The notes: generated from the letters alone by a model not told the origin. A stretch of 64,000 bases of DNA from an uncultured archaeon (GCA_964486045.1 CAZALK010000019.1:1-64000), one strand, 5' to 3'. Positions 39,816 to 50,678 are shown, numbered from the stretch's first letter. Numbers and translations are program-made.

Positions 39816-40850
39816 ATGATCTATAATAAAATTACCTTAATTTTTTGCAATAAAAGTGGATGTATGAAAGATTTATTGATTTTAGAGAAGATTAAACACA
39901 ATTTTCTTAATAGAGGTTTGAATAAGGAAAAAGCTGCTGACCTATTAATTTCCTTAATAGAAGGTAGTGATAATACAAAAACTCGAGTATACAGTATCAA
40001 AACTTTAGAAATGATCGGCTTTCGAACGAAAAAAATCTTTAACACCCTCGAAAACTATTTAATATCTGATCAAGATGCATCTTTAAGGGCTGCTGCTGCT
40101 GAATATATAATTCTTAATTATTTGGAAGAAGGTATAACCCCATTAAACTGGGTTATTCAACATGATAAGTCTCCTTTAGTTTTAAAAATATTTTATGACT
40201 TTGAAAGTAAATTTGATGAGGGAAATTTCGGTCTAATTTCAGAAGAATTACGTTTAAGAAATAAAGAATTTGCTTCGGGTTTAGGTATCTCTCATGAAGA
40301 ATCAAGGTTTTTCTTAGATTTAGAAGCATTATTTGCTGAAGATAAGGGAGATTATGAGTTGGATCCAGAAAGCTATAAAAACTTCCAAAATTTAGCTGAT
40401 TTTAAAGGAGGTGAACCTTGGCTTATAATAAACAATAAACACGTTGAATTTCTGAATTTTAATTATTACAAGTGGAAATTTGTCAAAGATAATCTCGATC
40501 TCGTATTTTCTCTTTCAAAATTAATTGACCTTGATTTTTATATCAATTCACTTAAGAAATATAGTTATCAATATCTCATGATATCTACAATCCCTGAATC
40601 AATTGGGTCTCTTAATTATTTAAAAAAGCTAATACTACGAAAAAATGGTCTTGAGAAGATTCCATTTTCAATTAAAAACCTCTCCCTTCTTAAAGAATTA
40701 GATTTGAGTTATAATGAACTTGAAGAAATCCCCCAATTCATAAAAAAAATTAACTCACTAGAGAAATTAAATGTTAAACATAATAAGATCCGAAATATCC
40801 CTGATTCTTTGCGAGGATTTCTAAATTCACTAGAGAATTTCTCTTATTGA
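39816..40850 (+). CDS. HEAT-like plus leucine-rich-repeat protein (probable start 39864)
   Basis: LISDQDASLRAAAA; LRRs IPESIGSLNYLKKLILRKNGL, LKELDLSYNEL, LEKLNVKHNKI. Confidence 0.85.
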   Translation: MIYNKITLIFCNKSGCMKDLLILEKIKHNFLNRGLNKEKAADLLISLIEGSDNTKTRVYSIKTLEMIGFRTKKIFNTLENYLISDQDASLRAAAAEYIILNYLEEGITPLNWVIQHDKSPLVLKIFYDFESKFDEGNFGLISEELRLRNKEFASGLGISHEESRFFLDLEALFAEDKGDYELDPESYKNFQNLADFKGGEPWLIINNKHVEFLNFNYYKWKFVKDNLDLVFSLSKLIDLDFYINSLKKYSYQYLMISTIPESIGSLNYLKKLILRKNGLEKIPFSIKNLSLLKELDLSYNELEEIPQFIKKINSLEKLNVKHNKIRNIPDSLRGFLNSLENFSY

Positions 40851-40989
40851 TTATATAAAATACTATTACTTTTTATTGAATTAGTTCTTATCTCATTCAA
40901 TAAAACCTAGATTTTGTTTTGATATGAGAGCAAATAGTTACCTAAATCTAAAAATCAAGATTAATTCATACTCAATATATTATTAAATT

Positions 40990-42660
40990 GTGATTATTAT
41001 GGTAGATGTTAAAAAAATTAGTGGTGGCGAGATTGTAACTAAGTGCCTATTAGAAGAAAACGTTAAATATATATTTGGGATTGTCGGGGGTCAGCTCTTA
41101 ACAATTTATGATGCTATTTATCGGTGGGGTCGTGAAAAAGGAATTAACACCGTTATGTTTCGACATGAACAAGCTGCAGCACATGCAGCCGATGCGTGGG
41201 CTAGGGTTACTAATACACCAGGAGTGTGCATGGGAACAGTTGGTCCTGGAGCGATGCACTTAGTTCCAGGTGTGGGGGCTGCTTGGGCCGATAATATCCC
41301 TGTAATTGCAATAGTGGCCCAAATACATAGTCGAGATTATGATAGATTCATGTACCAGTCAGGATTAGACCAAACAACAATGTTTAAGCCTATTACTAAA
41401 TACCAAAAAACTGTCCGTAAGATACAAGAAATACCTGATGCGGTCCGTAAAGCTTTTCGAGAAGCCACTGGAGGACGTCCTGGCCCCGTCTTATTAGAAC
41501 TGCAAGAAGATGCATTAATTGGAGAAATTGAAGAAGAAAAGGTCTCAATTCTTACTAAATATCAATACCGGGCAGTTGGAAAGCCAGCAGTTGATAATCA
41601 ATTAATAAAGGATTCTCTCAACTTACTGTTAAACGCGAAAAATCCTTTAATTATCTCAGGTGGAGGAGTTGCTCGGGCTGAAGCAGAGAAGGAGATACAA
41701 GAATTTGCAGAGTATTTGCAAATCCCTGTAATAACTACTTTAATGGGAATTGGTACAATCTCAAATCAATCAAAATGTCATTTAGGAATATCGATAGGAG
41801 CTCAGATGACAATGGGACGTGAAGCTGATGTGGTTTTAAGTCTCGGTAATAAGTTTTCTTTTGTATTGGGACACGGTGCAGAGCCCGTATGGAAGGATTC
41901 ACAAAAATTAATACAAGTTGATATCGATCCTGGCATGATTGGGCGAAATAAACCTGTTTCCTTAGGAATTGTGGCTGATTGCAAATCATTTTTAACTCAA
42001 ATTCTTAATGAAGTAAAAAATACGGAGAGAATCGAGACAAGAGAATGGTTAGAAAATCTCATTAACTCAAAAAAGCAAAATGAAATGGCAATGAAGAAAG
42101 TAGCATCAAGTGATCGCATACCTATCACCCCAGAAAGGATGGTAAAAGAAGTGTTGGAGTTTATTGATGAAGATGCAATAGTAATAATAGATGGTGGGAA
42201 CATCTCCGGGAAAGCTTATGCACAACTTCATTTATATAAAGATAGGAAACCTTTATCGACGCTTCAAGCAATAGGTATGGGGCACCTAGGAACTTCAGTG
42301 CCTTATGGTATCGGTGCTAAACTGGCAAAACCAGAAAAACAAGTGATATCCATTTCGGGGGATGGTAGTTTTATGATAAATATACAAGATTTAGAAACAG
42401 CAGCTCGTTTGGGCCTAAAAAACTTGATCTTTATAGTAGCTAACAACAACGCATGGGGTATGATTAAGACAGCGCAGCAATTTATGTATGAAAAGCGATA
42501 TATAGATGTAGACCTCCCTGAGTTTGATTATGGTAAATGTGCTGAGTCATTTGGATGTTATGGTGAATCTGTATCTGATCCCAATGAATTAAAAAATGCT
42601 CTTGAACGTGCTAAAAATTCTAACAAACCAGCAGTCATTGATGTAAAAACTGAATATTAA
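40990..42660 (+). CDS. ThDP-dependent enzyme, acetolactate synthase/2-hydroxyacyl-CoA lyase (ILVBL-like) family, paralog 1
   Basis: RHEQAAAHAAD, GPG, GRPGPV, GDGSF..NNNAWGMI. Confidence 0.9.
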   Translation: MIIMVDVKKISGGEIVTKCLLEENVKYIFGIVGGQLLTIYDAIYRWGREKGINTVMFRHEQAAAHAADAWARVTNTPGVCMGTVGPGAMHLVPGVGAAWADNIPVIAIVAQIHSRDYDRFMYQSGLDQTTMFKPITKYQKTVRKIQEIPDAVRKAFREATGGRPGPVLLELQEDALIGEIEEEKVSILTKYQYRAVGKPAVDNQLIKDSLNLLLNAKNPLIISGGGVARAEAEKEIQEFAEYLQIPVITTLMGIGTISNQSKCHLGISIGAQMTMGREADVVLSLGNKFSFVLGHGAEPVWKDSQKLIQVDIDPGMIGRNKPVSLGIVADCKSFLTQILNEVKNTERIETREWLENLINSKKQNEMAMKKVASSDRIPITPERMVKEVLEFIDEDAIVIIDGGNISGKAYAQLHLYKDRKPLSTLQAIGMGHLGTSVPYGIGAKLAKPEKQVISISGDGSFMINIQDLETAARLGLKNLIFIVANNNAWGMIKTAQQFMYEKRYIDVDLPEFDYGKCAESFGCYGESVSDPNELKNALERAKNSNKPAVIDVKTEY

Positions 42661-42876
42661 TTATTTGGTATAATATCAAATATCTGGTTACACCTTACAA
42701 ATTTAATAGTTTTTATGAATTTTTTTTTCTTCTATTTCTGCTAAAATCTGTTAATCAATGTTTTATGCATTTCCATTCAATTCTGGAAAATCATAATTTT
42801 TTAATTACTTGTCGATTAGTTAATTATATAAATCTTAAAATGAAGATTAATATCAAATTCGTTATCCTTTTAAGTT

Positions 42877-44598
42877 GTGACTAAAATGTCTGGTAAAAAA
42901 ATTTCTGGTGGGGATGTACTAATCAAGTGTCTTGTAGAAGAAGATGTTAAATATATGTTTGGCATTCCAGGAGGACAATTATTAACCATGTATGATGCAA
43001 TCTATCGGTGGGGGAGAGAGAAAGGAATTGATACAGTCATGTTCCGTCACGAACAAGCAGCAGCACATGCGGCTGACGCCTGGGCAAGAGTAACAAACAA
43101 GCCTGGTGTATGTTTTGGAACGGTTGGTCCAGGGGCGGCACATCTCGTCCCTGGGGTTACAGCAGCATGGGCCGATAATATCCCTGTTGTATCAATAGTA
43201 CCTCAAGTTGATATTGCGTTAGAAGATACTTTTACATTGCAAGGGAATTTAGATCAAGTTTCATTATTTAAACCTATTACAAAATATCAAACAAGCGTAA
43301 GAGAATTAAAAAAAATTCCAGATGCAGTTCAAAAAATATTTCGAGAAGCAACGGGAGGACGACCGCAACCAGTATTGTTAGAAATCTTTCCAGATGCTCT
43401 CGTTGAGCAAATTAATGAAGAGGAAATCCCAATTCTAAAGAAAGAGCAATATAGAGCTTTTAACAAACCTGCTATTAGTAAAGAACTAATCAGCAAATCA
43501 TTACACATGCTAAAAAACGCCAAAAAACCATTAATTGTTTCTGGTGGGGGTGTAATGAGGGCAGAGGGTTGGGATGAATTAAAAGAATTCGCAGAATATT
43601 TACAGATCCCTGTTATGACTACAATCATGGGAATTGGTACAATGGAATTTTCTTCAAATTGTTATCTTGGAGCAGCAATGAGTAGTACAATTTTTCAGGC
43701 AACTAGTCAAGCTGATATGGTTTTGGCTCTAGGTTGTAAATTTGGGTTTTCTTTGGGTCATGGAAGGGCTCCAACTTGGCCTAAAAACCAAAAGATGATA
43801 CAGGTTGATATCGATCCTGGGATAATTGGCTTCTCTAAACCAATTACCTTAGGCATTCAAGGAGATTGTAAAATGTTTCTAAAACAAATTCTTGAGGAAG
43901 CGAAGAAGACAAATAATATTGATAAACGAGAATGGTGTGATTCTCTTAGTGAAAAAAGGAAAAGCGTGAATGAATCGAAGATGAGAGTAGCATCAACTGA
44001 TGAAATACCAATAGATTCCCAAAGAATGATTAAAGAAGTATTTCAATTTATGGATGAAGATGCTATTTTAGTTATCGACGCGGGGAATACGGCATTTTTT
44101 GCTCTAGAACAAATAGATTTCTACAAACCCAGAAAACCTCTCTCATCACTTCAAGCCATTGGTATGGGACACCTTGGTGTATCTGTACCCTATGGTATTG
44201 CAGCAAAGTTGGCAAAACCTGAAAAACAGGTAATTTCAATTTCAGGTGATGGGGCTTTTATGATGAATATACAAGATTTAGAAACTGCTGTTAGACTTGG
44301 TTTGAAAGACTTAATATATGTTATTGGAAATAACAGTGCATGGGGGATGATTAAAGTCGGGCAAGAATTTGGGTACCAAAAGCGTTTCATAGATACAGAT
44401 TTTCCAGATTTTGATTTCGCAAAGTGTGCAGAAGGTTTTGGGTGTTTCGGGGAAACTATTACAGATCCAAATCAACTTAAACCTGCTCTTGAACGGGCAA
44501 GAAGTTCAAATAGACCAGCAGTGTTGGATGTTAAAATAAAATACTCTACGCCTGATATTCTAATGTTAATGTTTACATTGGGTATTTATTTTAGATAA
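42877..44598 (+). CDS. ThDP-dependent ILVBL-like enzyme, paralog 2
   Basis: RHEQAAAH, GDGAF..NNSAWGMI. Confidence 0.9.
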   Translation: MTKMSGKKISGGDVLIKCLVEEDVKYMFGIPGGQLLTMYDAIYRWGREKGIDTVMFRHEQAAAHAADAWARVTNKPGVCFGTVGPGAAHLVPGVTAAWADNIPVVSIVPQVDIALEDTFTLQGNLDQVSLFKPITKYQTSVRELKKIPDAVQKIFREATGGRPQPVLLEIFPDALVEQINEEEIPILKKEQYRAFNKPAISKELISKSLHMLKNAKKPLIVSGGGVMRAEGWDELKEFAEYLQIPVMTTIMGIGTMEFSSNCYLGAAMSSTIFQATSQADMVLALGCKFGFSLGHGRAPTWPKNQKMIQVDIDPGIIGFSKPITLGIQGDCKMFLKQILEEAKKTNNIDKREWCDSLSEKRKSVNESKMRVASTDEIPIDSQRMIKEVFQFMDEDAILVIDAGNTAFFALEQIDFYKPRKPLSSLQAIGMGHLGVSVPYGIAAKLAKPEKQVISISGDGAFMMNIQDLETAVRLGLKDLIYVIGNNSAWGMIKVGQEFGYQKRFIDTDFPDFDFAKCAEGFGCFGETITDPNQLKPALERARSSNRPAVLDVKIKYSTPDILMLMFTLGIYFR

Positions 44599-44642
44599 CT
44601 AGTTAAAAGGAAAAGGTAAAATAATAACAAATATCAAATCAT

Positions 44643-46367
44643 TTGGTGAAAAATTTGGCAGAAGAAAAGAAGATGATAAATGGGGGGGACGTATTAATAA
44701 AATGTCTCCTTCAAGAAAATGTTAAATATATGTTTGGTATACCAGGTGGACAATTTCTTAATATGTATGATGCTATATATAAATGGGGTAGAGAAAGCGG
44801 CATAAACACTGTATTATTTAGACATGAAGCATCTGCGGCTCATGCAGCTGATGCTTGGGCAAGAGTAACAAATACTCCGGGAATTTGTTTTGGAACAGTA
44901 GGCCCGGGTGCTTTAAACTTAATGGCAGGTGTGGGCGCAGCATGGGCAGATAATATTCCCGTAATTGCGATTGTATCACAAGTAAACTCGAAATTTCAGG
45001 ATTCATTTACATTACAGGGAAACTTGGATCAAATTACTCTCTTCAAACCTATAACAAAGTATCAGAAAACCGTTCGGAGATTAGAGGTAATTCCCGATGC
45101 AGTTCATCAGGTGTTTAGAGAAGCTACAGGCAACCGCCATCAACCAGTCTTACTGGAAATATTTGAAGATGCCTTTCTTGAAGAAATTGAAGAAGAAAGA
45201 TTGGAAATTCTTGAAGTTGAGAGATATCGTGCTATTACAAATCCAAGTATAAGTAGTGACTTAATAACAAAGACCTTAGATCTCTTGGCTAACGCAAAAA
45301 AACCCGTGATTATTTCCGGAGGTGGAATTGCACGAGCAGAAGCATGGAATGAGTTAAAAGAATTTGCAGAATATATGCAGATTCCTGTAATTACATCTGT
45401 GATGGGTATTGGAACACTTACAAATAAATCAAAATGTTTAATAGGTGCTTCAGTAGCAGGTCCTTCCTTAAGAGTAGCACCAGAAGCCGATGTTATATTA
45501 GCTCTTGGATGCAAGTTTTCATTTACCTTAGCTCATGGAGAAGAACCCTTTTGGAAAAACACTCAACAACTAATTCAGGTGGACATTGATTCTTCAATAA
45601 TAGGTAGAGCTAAACCGCTTACTTTAGGGATTGTTGGTGATGCAAAACAGTTTTTAATTCAAAGTATTGAAGAAGTAAAAAAAATCGATAAAGTAGAAAG
45701 AAGGGAATGGTTGGAAGAACTTGTGATAGTACGACGAAAAACTCAAGAAAAAATGAACAAAAAGATTATGAAAGATAAAACTCCAATTATCCCCAAAAGA
45801 CTGATAAAAGAAATATTGGAAACAATTGAAGAAGATGGTATACTTATTATAGATGGTGGAGATATTTCAACAAGTACGGTTGAACAAGTTGATTTCTATA
45901 AAGACAGATCACCTTTATCGACTCTTGTAGCTGTTGGTATGGGGCAATTAGGCACCGCAATTCCCTATGGAATCGGGGCTAAATTGGCGAAACCGGACAA
46001 ACAAGTAGTAGCTATAGCAGGTGATGGTGCCTTTTTGATTAATGTTCAAGATTTAGAAACAGCTTCAAGATTAGGCTTAAAAGATCTCATCTATGTAGTA
46101 GCAAATAATAGTGCTTGGGGTATGATCAAATCTGGTCAAAATATTTTCATGGGTAAGAGGCATATTGATGTTGATCTCCCCGAGTTTAATTATGCTAAGT
46201 GTGCGGAAAGTTTTGGTTGCTACGGAGAGGTTGTTACTGATCCTAATGAAATCAAACCTGCTTTTGAAAGAGCCAAAAATTCTGGAAAACCAGCAGTTTT
46301 AGATGTTAAAATTGCCTTTGATACACCTGATTCCACTAAATTGATGGCAAGTATGGGGATTCTATAA
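44643..46367 (+). CDS. ThDP-dependent ILVBL-like enzyme, paralog 3
   Basis: RHEASAAH, GDGAF..NNSAWGMI. Confidence 0.9.
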   Translation: MVKNLAEEKKMINGGDVLIKCLLQENVKYMFGIPGGQFLNMYDAIYKWGRESGINTVLFRHEASAAHAADAWARVTNTPGICFGTVGPGALNLMAGVGAAWADNIPVIAIVSQVNSKFQDSFTLQGNLDQITLFKPITKYQKTVRRLEVIPDAVHQVFREATGNRHQPVLLEIFEDAFLEEIEEERLEILEVERYRAITNPSISSDLITKTLDLLANAKKPVIISGGGIARAEAWNELKEFAEYMQIPVITSVMGIGTLTNKSKCLIGASVAGPSLRVAPEADVILALGCKFSFTLAHGEEPFWKNTQQLIQVDIDSSIIGRAKPLTLGIVGDAKQFLIQSIEEVKKIDKVERREWLEELVIVRRKTQEKMNKKIMKDKTPIIPKRLIKEILETIEEDGILIIDGGDISTSTVEQVDFYKDRSPLSTLVAVGMGQLGTAIPYGIGAKLAKPDKQVVAIAGDGAFLINVQDLETASRLGLKDLIYVVANNSAWGMIKSGQNIFMGKRHIDVDLPEFNYAKCAESFGCYGEVVTDPNEIKPAFERAKNSGKPAVLDVKIAFDTPDSTKLMASMGIL

Positions 46368-46386
46368 CATAATTTCATTTATTTTC

Positions 46387-46410
46387 ATCCTTACCTTAAT
46401 CCTTACCTTA
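46387..46410. repeat. 12-bp tandem duplication ATCCTTACCTTA x2
   Basis: Read directly from the sequence. Confidence 0.8.
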
Positions 46411-46432
46411 ATATTAATCGAAGTATCTTAAT

Positions 46433-46590
46433 ATGAAAGGAGTAATATTTGAGAGAAAACGCAAGATTTCAATTGAGGATGAGTTAATTAAACCAAAAAT
46501 CTTATAGGAATGAATAAAGTGCTTCAAATATTTGAAAAATTAGCCAATCCTCTGCATAGTGAATTAAAATTGATAGTTGATTTGAATAAA
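46433..46590 (+). pseudogene. internally deleted Zn-dependent alcohol dehydrogenase (MDR) remnant
   Basis: MKGVIFERKRKISIEDELIKPKIL* resembles an MDR N-terminus. Immediately after, NKVLQIFEKLANPLHSELKLIVDL resembles an MDR C-terminus. Confidence 0.5.
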
Positions 46591-46697
46591 CACGTAATTT
46601 TCTTTTTTTTTACAATTTTTTGATAAAATTATTTTAAGTATTGAATTAAATACTAAGTATAATTCAAATGTGATATTAATAACAAAGAGATTTTTCC

Positions 46698-47978
46698 ATG
46701 GTAAAGATGAAAGGACAAGTTCAATGTATAAATGACGAAATTTTGGAAAAGATGAATTTAAAAAATCGGTATAGTTTTCTGAATAACAATTTAATGAGTA
46801 TTTTAAAACCAGAGCACTTTAAATTTTTAAAACAAACTCAGAAATTTTTTCTTCGTTTTGAGGAAAAAAATAACATTACTCATAATGAAGATTTTTACTC
46901 TTGGATTCCTGAAATTGGAAGGGAAGGATTGGTTACAAGGATGAGTAGCTTTAAGGAATTAGGATTAAATTATGAACAATACGGAATGACAACAGAATTC
47001 ATGAGATGCCTTGCAATTGATTTTTTTGATCCTCAATTAGCAATGGGAATTGGGGCGAATGTTTTATGTGTGAATCCTCTGGTGGCTCATCATGAAAATG
47101 TAGAAGAACGATTGAATGCACTTAGAGAATTGGTGACTGGAGAGAAAATTGGGTGTATCTGCATTACTGAGCCTGAACGAGGTTCGGATGCGGTCCATAT
47201 GTTAACAACCTGCAAGGAAAATACGGATGGCAGTTTTATTGTGAATGGAGAAAAAATATATCAAACGAACGGGGCGAAAGCTGATTTAGCGGTAGTATAC
47301 GCAGTTTCAGAGGAAAACAATGGAAATACAATGGCTCAATTTTTAGTCGATACTTCCTGGGAAGGATGGAGTGTTGAAAGATTAAATATCCCTTGGACTC
47401 CCAGAGTATATATCGGAAAGGAAACGTTCAAGAACTTAAGAGTCCCGGCCGAATATGTATTAGGGAAACCAGGTCGAGGAAGAGACCATCTTTTTGAAGG
47501 TTTGAACTTGGAAAGATTAGGGATTGTACTCCTCAACGTATCAGAGGCATGGAATGCCATTTCTCATGCTGTTATATATACAAATATGAGAAAACAATTT
47601 GACAAAGAAATACTAAAATATCAAGGAGTCGGTTTTCCTTTAGCAGATATGTGGGCAAAAACGATGAGTCTCACCTTAGCAGCGTTACATATTTGTCAAA
47701 TTATTGATGAGAAAATTGAACAATTCGGGACACTTCCACGAAATATTAATTTAGCTCTTGTAACAACTGCCTCACAATTAAAATCTCAGAGTGCTAAATT
47801 AACAGAGCGAGTTTGTTATGGGTGCGCAGATCTGATGGGGGGTGCTGGATTATGTGACAATACCTTAATGAGTGACTTACTTGGTATTTCTAGAATCCAC
47901 CAAGTTGGTGGAGGAACTTCCCAAATTCAGAATCATATTATGAGTCTTGCTTTACGACAATTATTTAAACTTTTATAA
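46698..47978 (+). CDS. acyl-CoA dehydrogenase (IVD/LCAD-type catalytic Glu position)
   Basis: ITEPERGSD, NGEKIYQTNG, GLNLERL, RKQF, MGGAG, VGGGTSQI. Confidence 0.92.
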   Translation: MVKMKGQVQCINDEILEKMNLKNRYSFLNNNLMSILKPEHFKFLKQTQKFFLRFEEKNNITHNEDFYSWIPEIGREGLVTRMSSFKELGLNYEQYGMTTEFMRCLAIDFFDPQLAMGIGANVLCVNPLVAHHENVEERLNALRELVTGEKIGCICITEPERGSDAVHMLTTCKENTDGSFIVNGEKIYQTNGAKADLAVVYAVSEENNGNTMAQFLVDTSWEGWSVERLNIPWTPRVYIGKETFKNLRVPAEYVLGKPGRGRDHLFEGLNLERLGIVLLNVSEAWNAISHAVIYTNMRKQFDKEILKYQGVGFPLADMWAKTMSLTLAALHICQIIDEKIEQFGTLPRNINLALVTTASQLKSQSAKLTERVCYGCADLMGGAGLCDNTLMSDLLGISRIHQVGGGTSQIQNHIMSLALRQLFKLL

Positions 47979-48029
47979 TGCAATTTTTAATGGATTTACA
48001 TGAATAATAGATAAGAAAGGTGTAATAAT

Positions 48030-48851
48030 ATGGAAATAGAAGATTTAACTGAAGTTATATATGAAAAAGAGGAAAATGGAATTTGCACCCTTACATTTAA
48101 TATTCCTAAAAGGAGAAATGCGATGTCTGTAGTTACCTTTCTTGAAATTGAAACTGTACTTGATGATATGGAGAAAGACGAAAATGCACTGGTGTTAATA
48201 ATTACTGGATGTAAAGAAGCAAATGCTTTTTCATCTGGTGGATATTTTAATATGAAATACATAACATCGGTCTCTCCTGAAATTATGAAGGATGTTGATT
48301 TAATGGATATCGCCCAAAAAAGGACATGTATGAAATTTTGGAATTTTAAGAAGCCTGTAATCGCAGCAATTAATGGTTTAGCTGTGGGTATAGGTATTAC
48401 AATGCCATTGATAGGAGCAGATTTAATATATATGGCTGAGGATGCATGGATTGGTTTCTATTTCATCAAACGAGCTGTTATTCCAGAATTTAGTTCTTCT
48501 TTTGTATTACCTTTTTTGGTAGGATTTCATAAAGCTAAGGAACTAATGTATTTTGGAGATAAAGTCACTGCTCATGAAGCAGAAAAATTGGGATTAGTAA
48601 ACAAGGTTCTACCTTCAGATGAATTAATACCTTATGTTAGAAAACAAGCTTTAAGATTGATCCCTCCCAACAGTCCTAGTTTATCACTAACTAAAATTAA
48701 ACAAATTATGCATAGTAATTTTAAATCTATTGCCTCAAAAACCTTAGATTTGGAAAATCAAGCGCTTAGGGAGTTATTTGAAACTCATGATTTTCGTGCA
48801 GCAACACAATCACTTATCACCAAAAAGGATCCCATTTTCAAAGGAAAGTAA
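48030..48851 (+). CDS. enoyl-CoA hydratase/isomerase (crotonase) family
   Basis: NIPKRRNAM, AFSSGG, KPVIAAINGLAVGIG, AEKLGLVN, PIFKGK. Confidence 0.92.
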   Translation: MEIEDLTEVIYEKEENGICTLTFNIPKRRNAMSVVTFLEIETVLDDMEKDENALVLIITGCKEANAFSSGGYFNMKYITSVSPEIMKDVDLMDIAQKRTCMKFWNFKKPVIAAINGLAVGIGITMPLIGADLIYMAEDAWIGFYFIKRAVIPEFSSSFVLPFLVGFHKAKELMYFGDKVTAHEAEKLGLVNKVLPSDELIPYVRKQALRLIPPNSPSLSLTKIKQIMHSNFKSIASKTLDLENQALRELFETHDFRAATQSLITKKDPIFKGK

Positions 48852-48982
48852 ATCAACTCATTTTTGAAAGGTTTAAACTATTATTTATATTTCATCGAAA
48901 CTCTTATTAAATGTGGTTGATTTTAATATTTTTATTTTAAAATGTTTATGAATTAGTATTAATTAAGGAGTAAATCGATATT

Positions 48983-50665
48983 ATGAATACAAACTGTAAA
49001 TTTGTTTTTGTAACAGGTGGAGTAATGTCTGGGATTGGAAAGGGTGTTGCCACTGCTAGCATTGGGAAAGTTCTTCAATTCCGTGGATTTAAAATTTCAG
49101 TTGTTAAAATTGATCCATATTTAAATGTAGATCCCGGAACTTTAAACCCAATAGAACATGGAGAATGTTTTATCACGGAAGAAATATGGGAATTTAAACC
49201 CGTATTTGAATCTGATGAAAGAACATATAGAATTTCTGAAATTGATCAAGATTTTGGCACATATTCTAGGATATTAGGTATCGAGATGCACCCCTCTCAT
49301 AATATAACCTCAGGGCAAATATATCTTTCAACAATTCTTCGTGAAAGGAAAGGCAGATTTTTAGGAAAAACTGTTCAAATAATACCCCATGTTACCAATA
49401 TTATTAAGGAAAGGTTGATGGAGATTGCTGAAAATGAAGAATTAGATGTGTTATTAATTGAATGCGGGGGAACCGTGGGTGATTTAGAATCAAGCATCTT
49501 TTTAGAGGCATTCAGGCAAATTAAATTAGAATCCCCTAAACATACTGCTTTCATTCATGTTACCCTTGTACCTTATTCGCGAGCAGTTGGACAGCAAAAA
49601 TCTAAACCTACTCAACATTCAGTAAAATTACTTCAAAGTATTGGATTACAACCTGATATAATTATAGGTCGAAGTGAAAAACCTTTAGATCCAGAAATCA
49701 AACGGAAAATATCATTATACTCAAATGTTCCAGATAACGCAGTAATCTCAAATCCTGACCTAAAAATTATCTATGAATTACCATTATTTTTTGAAGAACA
49801 AGGATTGGGAGATCAGATTTGCGAGCTTATTGATCTAAAAGCAAAACTCGTATCTTATAATGAGGTTACTAATTACTCTGAATGGGTTAAAATGGTTGAT
49901 TTATTCAAAAATGCTAAACAGACTGTAAAAATAGCCATGCCTGGTAAGTATTTTAACATTTCTGATTCCTATATTTCCATTAATGTTGCATTAGAAGATG
50001 CAGCAGCCCATCATGGGTATAAAACTGAATTGAAAATGATTAATATTGATGAAACAACAAATGTTGGGGATGAAGTAGCTGATTGTGATGGGATTCTACT
50101 CACTCCCGGATTTGGGGAAAGAGCTGTAGAGGGTATGATTTCCTCTGCAGAATATGCTATGGAAAATAAGGTTCCATTTCTGGGTATATGCTTCGGAGCT
50201 CAATTATTTTTTGTTGGATTCTGTAGAAAATATCTCGGACTCAAAGGTGCCAATTCAGTAGAAATCAATCCAAACACACCATTTCCAGTAATAGATCTCT
50301 TGGAAAACCAAAAAAGCATAGTTGAGAAAGGAGGTACAATGAGATTAGGCGCAAATAAGATTATTATAGAAGAAGATACAAAATTATTTGAAGCATATAA
50401 ACAAAAAGAAATTCTAGAAAGATTTAGGCACCGGTTCCACATTCAAGAACGATTCATCACTGAAGAGGCAAGAAATAAGGGTTTGACTATTTCAAGTCGA
50501 GATGAAACGGGTGAAATTATTAACAGTATAGAATTAAAGAGGAAGGATCATTGGATGGTCGGCACTCAATTTCACCCAGAATTTAAGTCAAGACCATATA
50601 AGCCTTCCCCAGTATACTTCGACTTCATCAAAGAGTGTATTAATTATAAGAACTCTAAAAAGTAA
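48983..50665 (+). CDS. pyrG: CTP synthase
   Basis: GGVMSGIGKG, KIDPYLNVDPGT, HGE, KSKPTQHS, GICFG, QFHPEF. Confidence 0.97.
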   Translation: MNTNCKFVFVTGGVMSGIGKGVATASIGKVLQFRGFKISVVKIDPYLNVDPGTLNPIEHGECFITEEIWEFKPVFESDERTYRISEIDQDFGTYSRILGIEMHPSHNITSGQIYLSTILRERKGRFLGKTVQIIPHVTNIIKERLMEIAENEELDVLLIECGGTVGDLESSIFLEAFRQIKLESPKHTAFIHVTLVPYSRAVGQQKSKPTQHSVKLLQSIGLQPDIIIGRSEKPLDPEIKRKISLYSNVPDNAVISNPDLKIIYELPLFFEEQGLGDQICELIDLKAKLVSYNEVTNYSEWVKMVDLFKNAKQTVKIAMPGKYFNISDSYISINVALEDAAAHHGYKTELKMINIDETTNVGDEVADCDGILLTPGFGERAVEGMISSAEYAMENKVPFLGICFGAQLFFVGFCRKYLGLKGANSVEINPNTPFPVIDLLENQKSIVEKGGTMRLGANKIIIEEDTKLFEAYKQKEILERFRHRFHIQERFITEEARNKGLTISSRDETGEIINSIELKRKDHWMVGTQFHPEFKSRPYKPSPVYFDFIKECINYKNSKK

Positions 50666-50678
50666 GGATAAAAATTGA

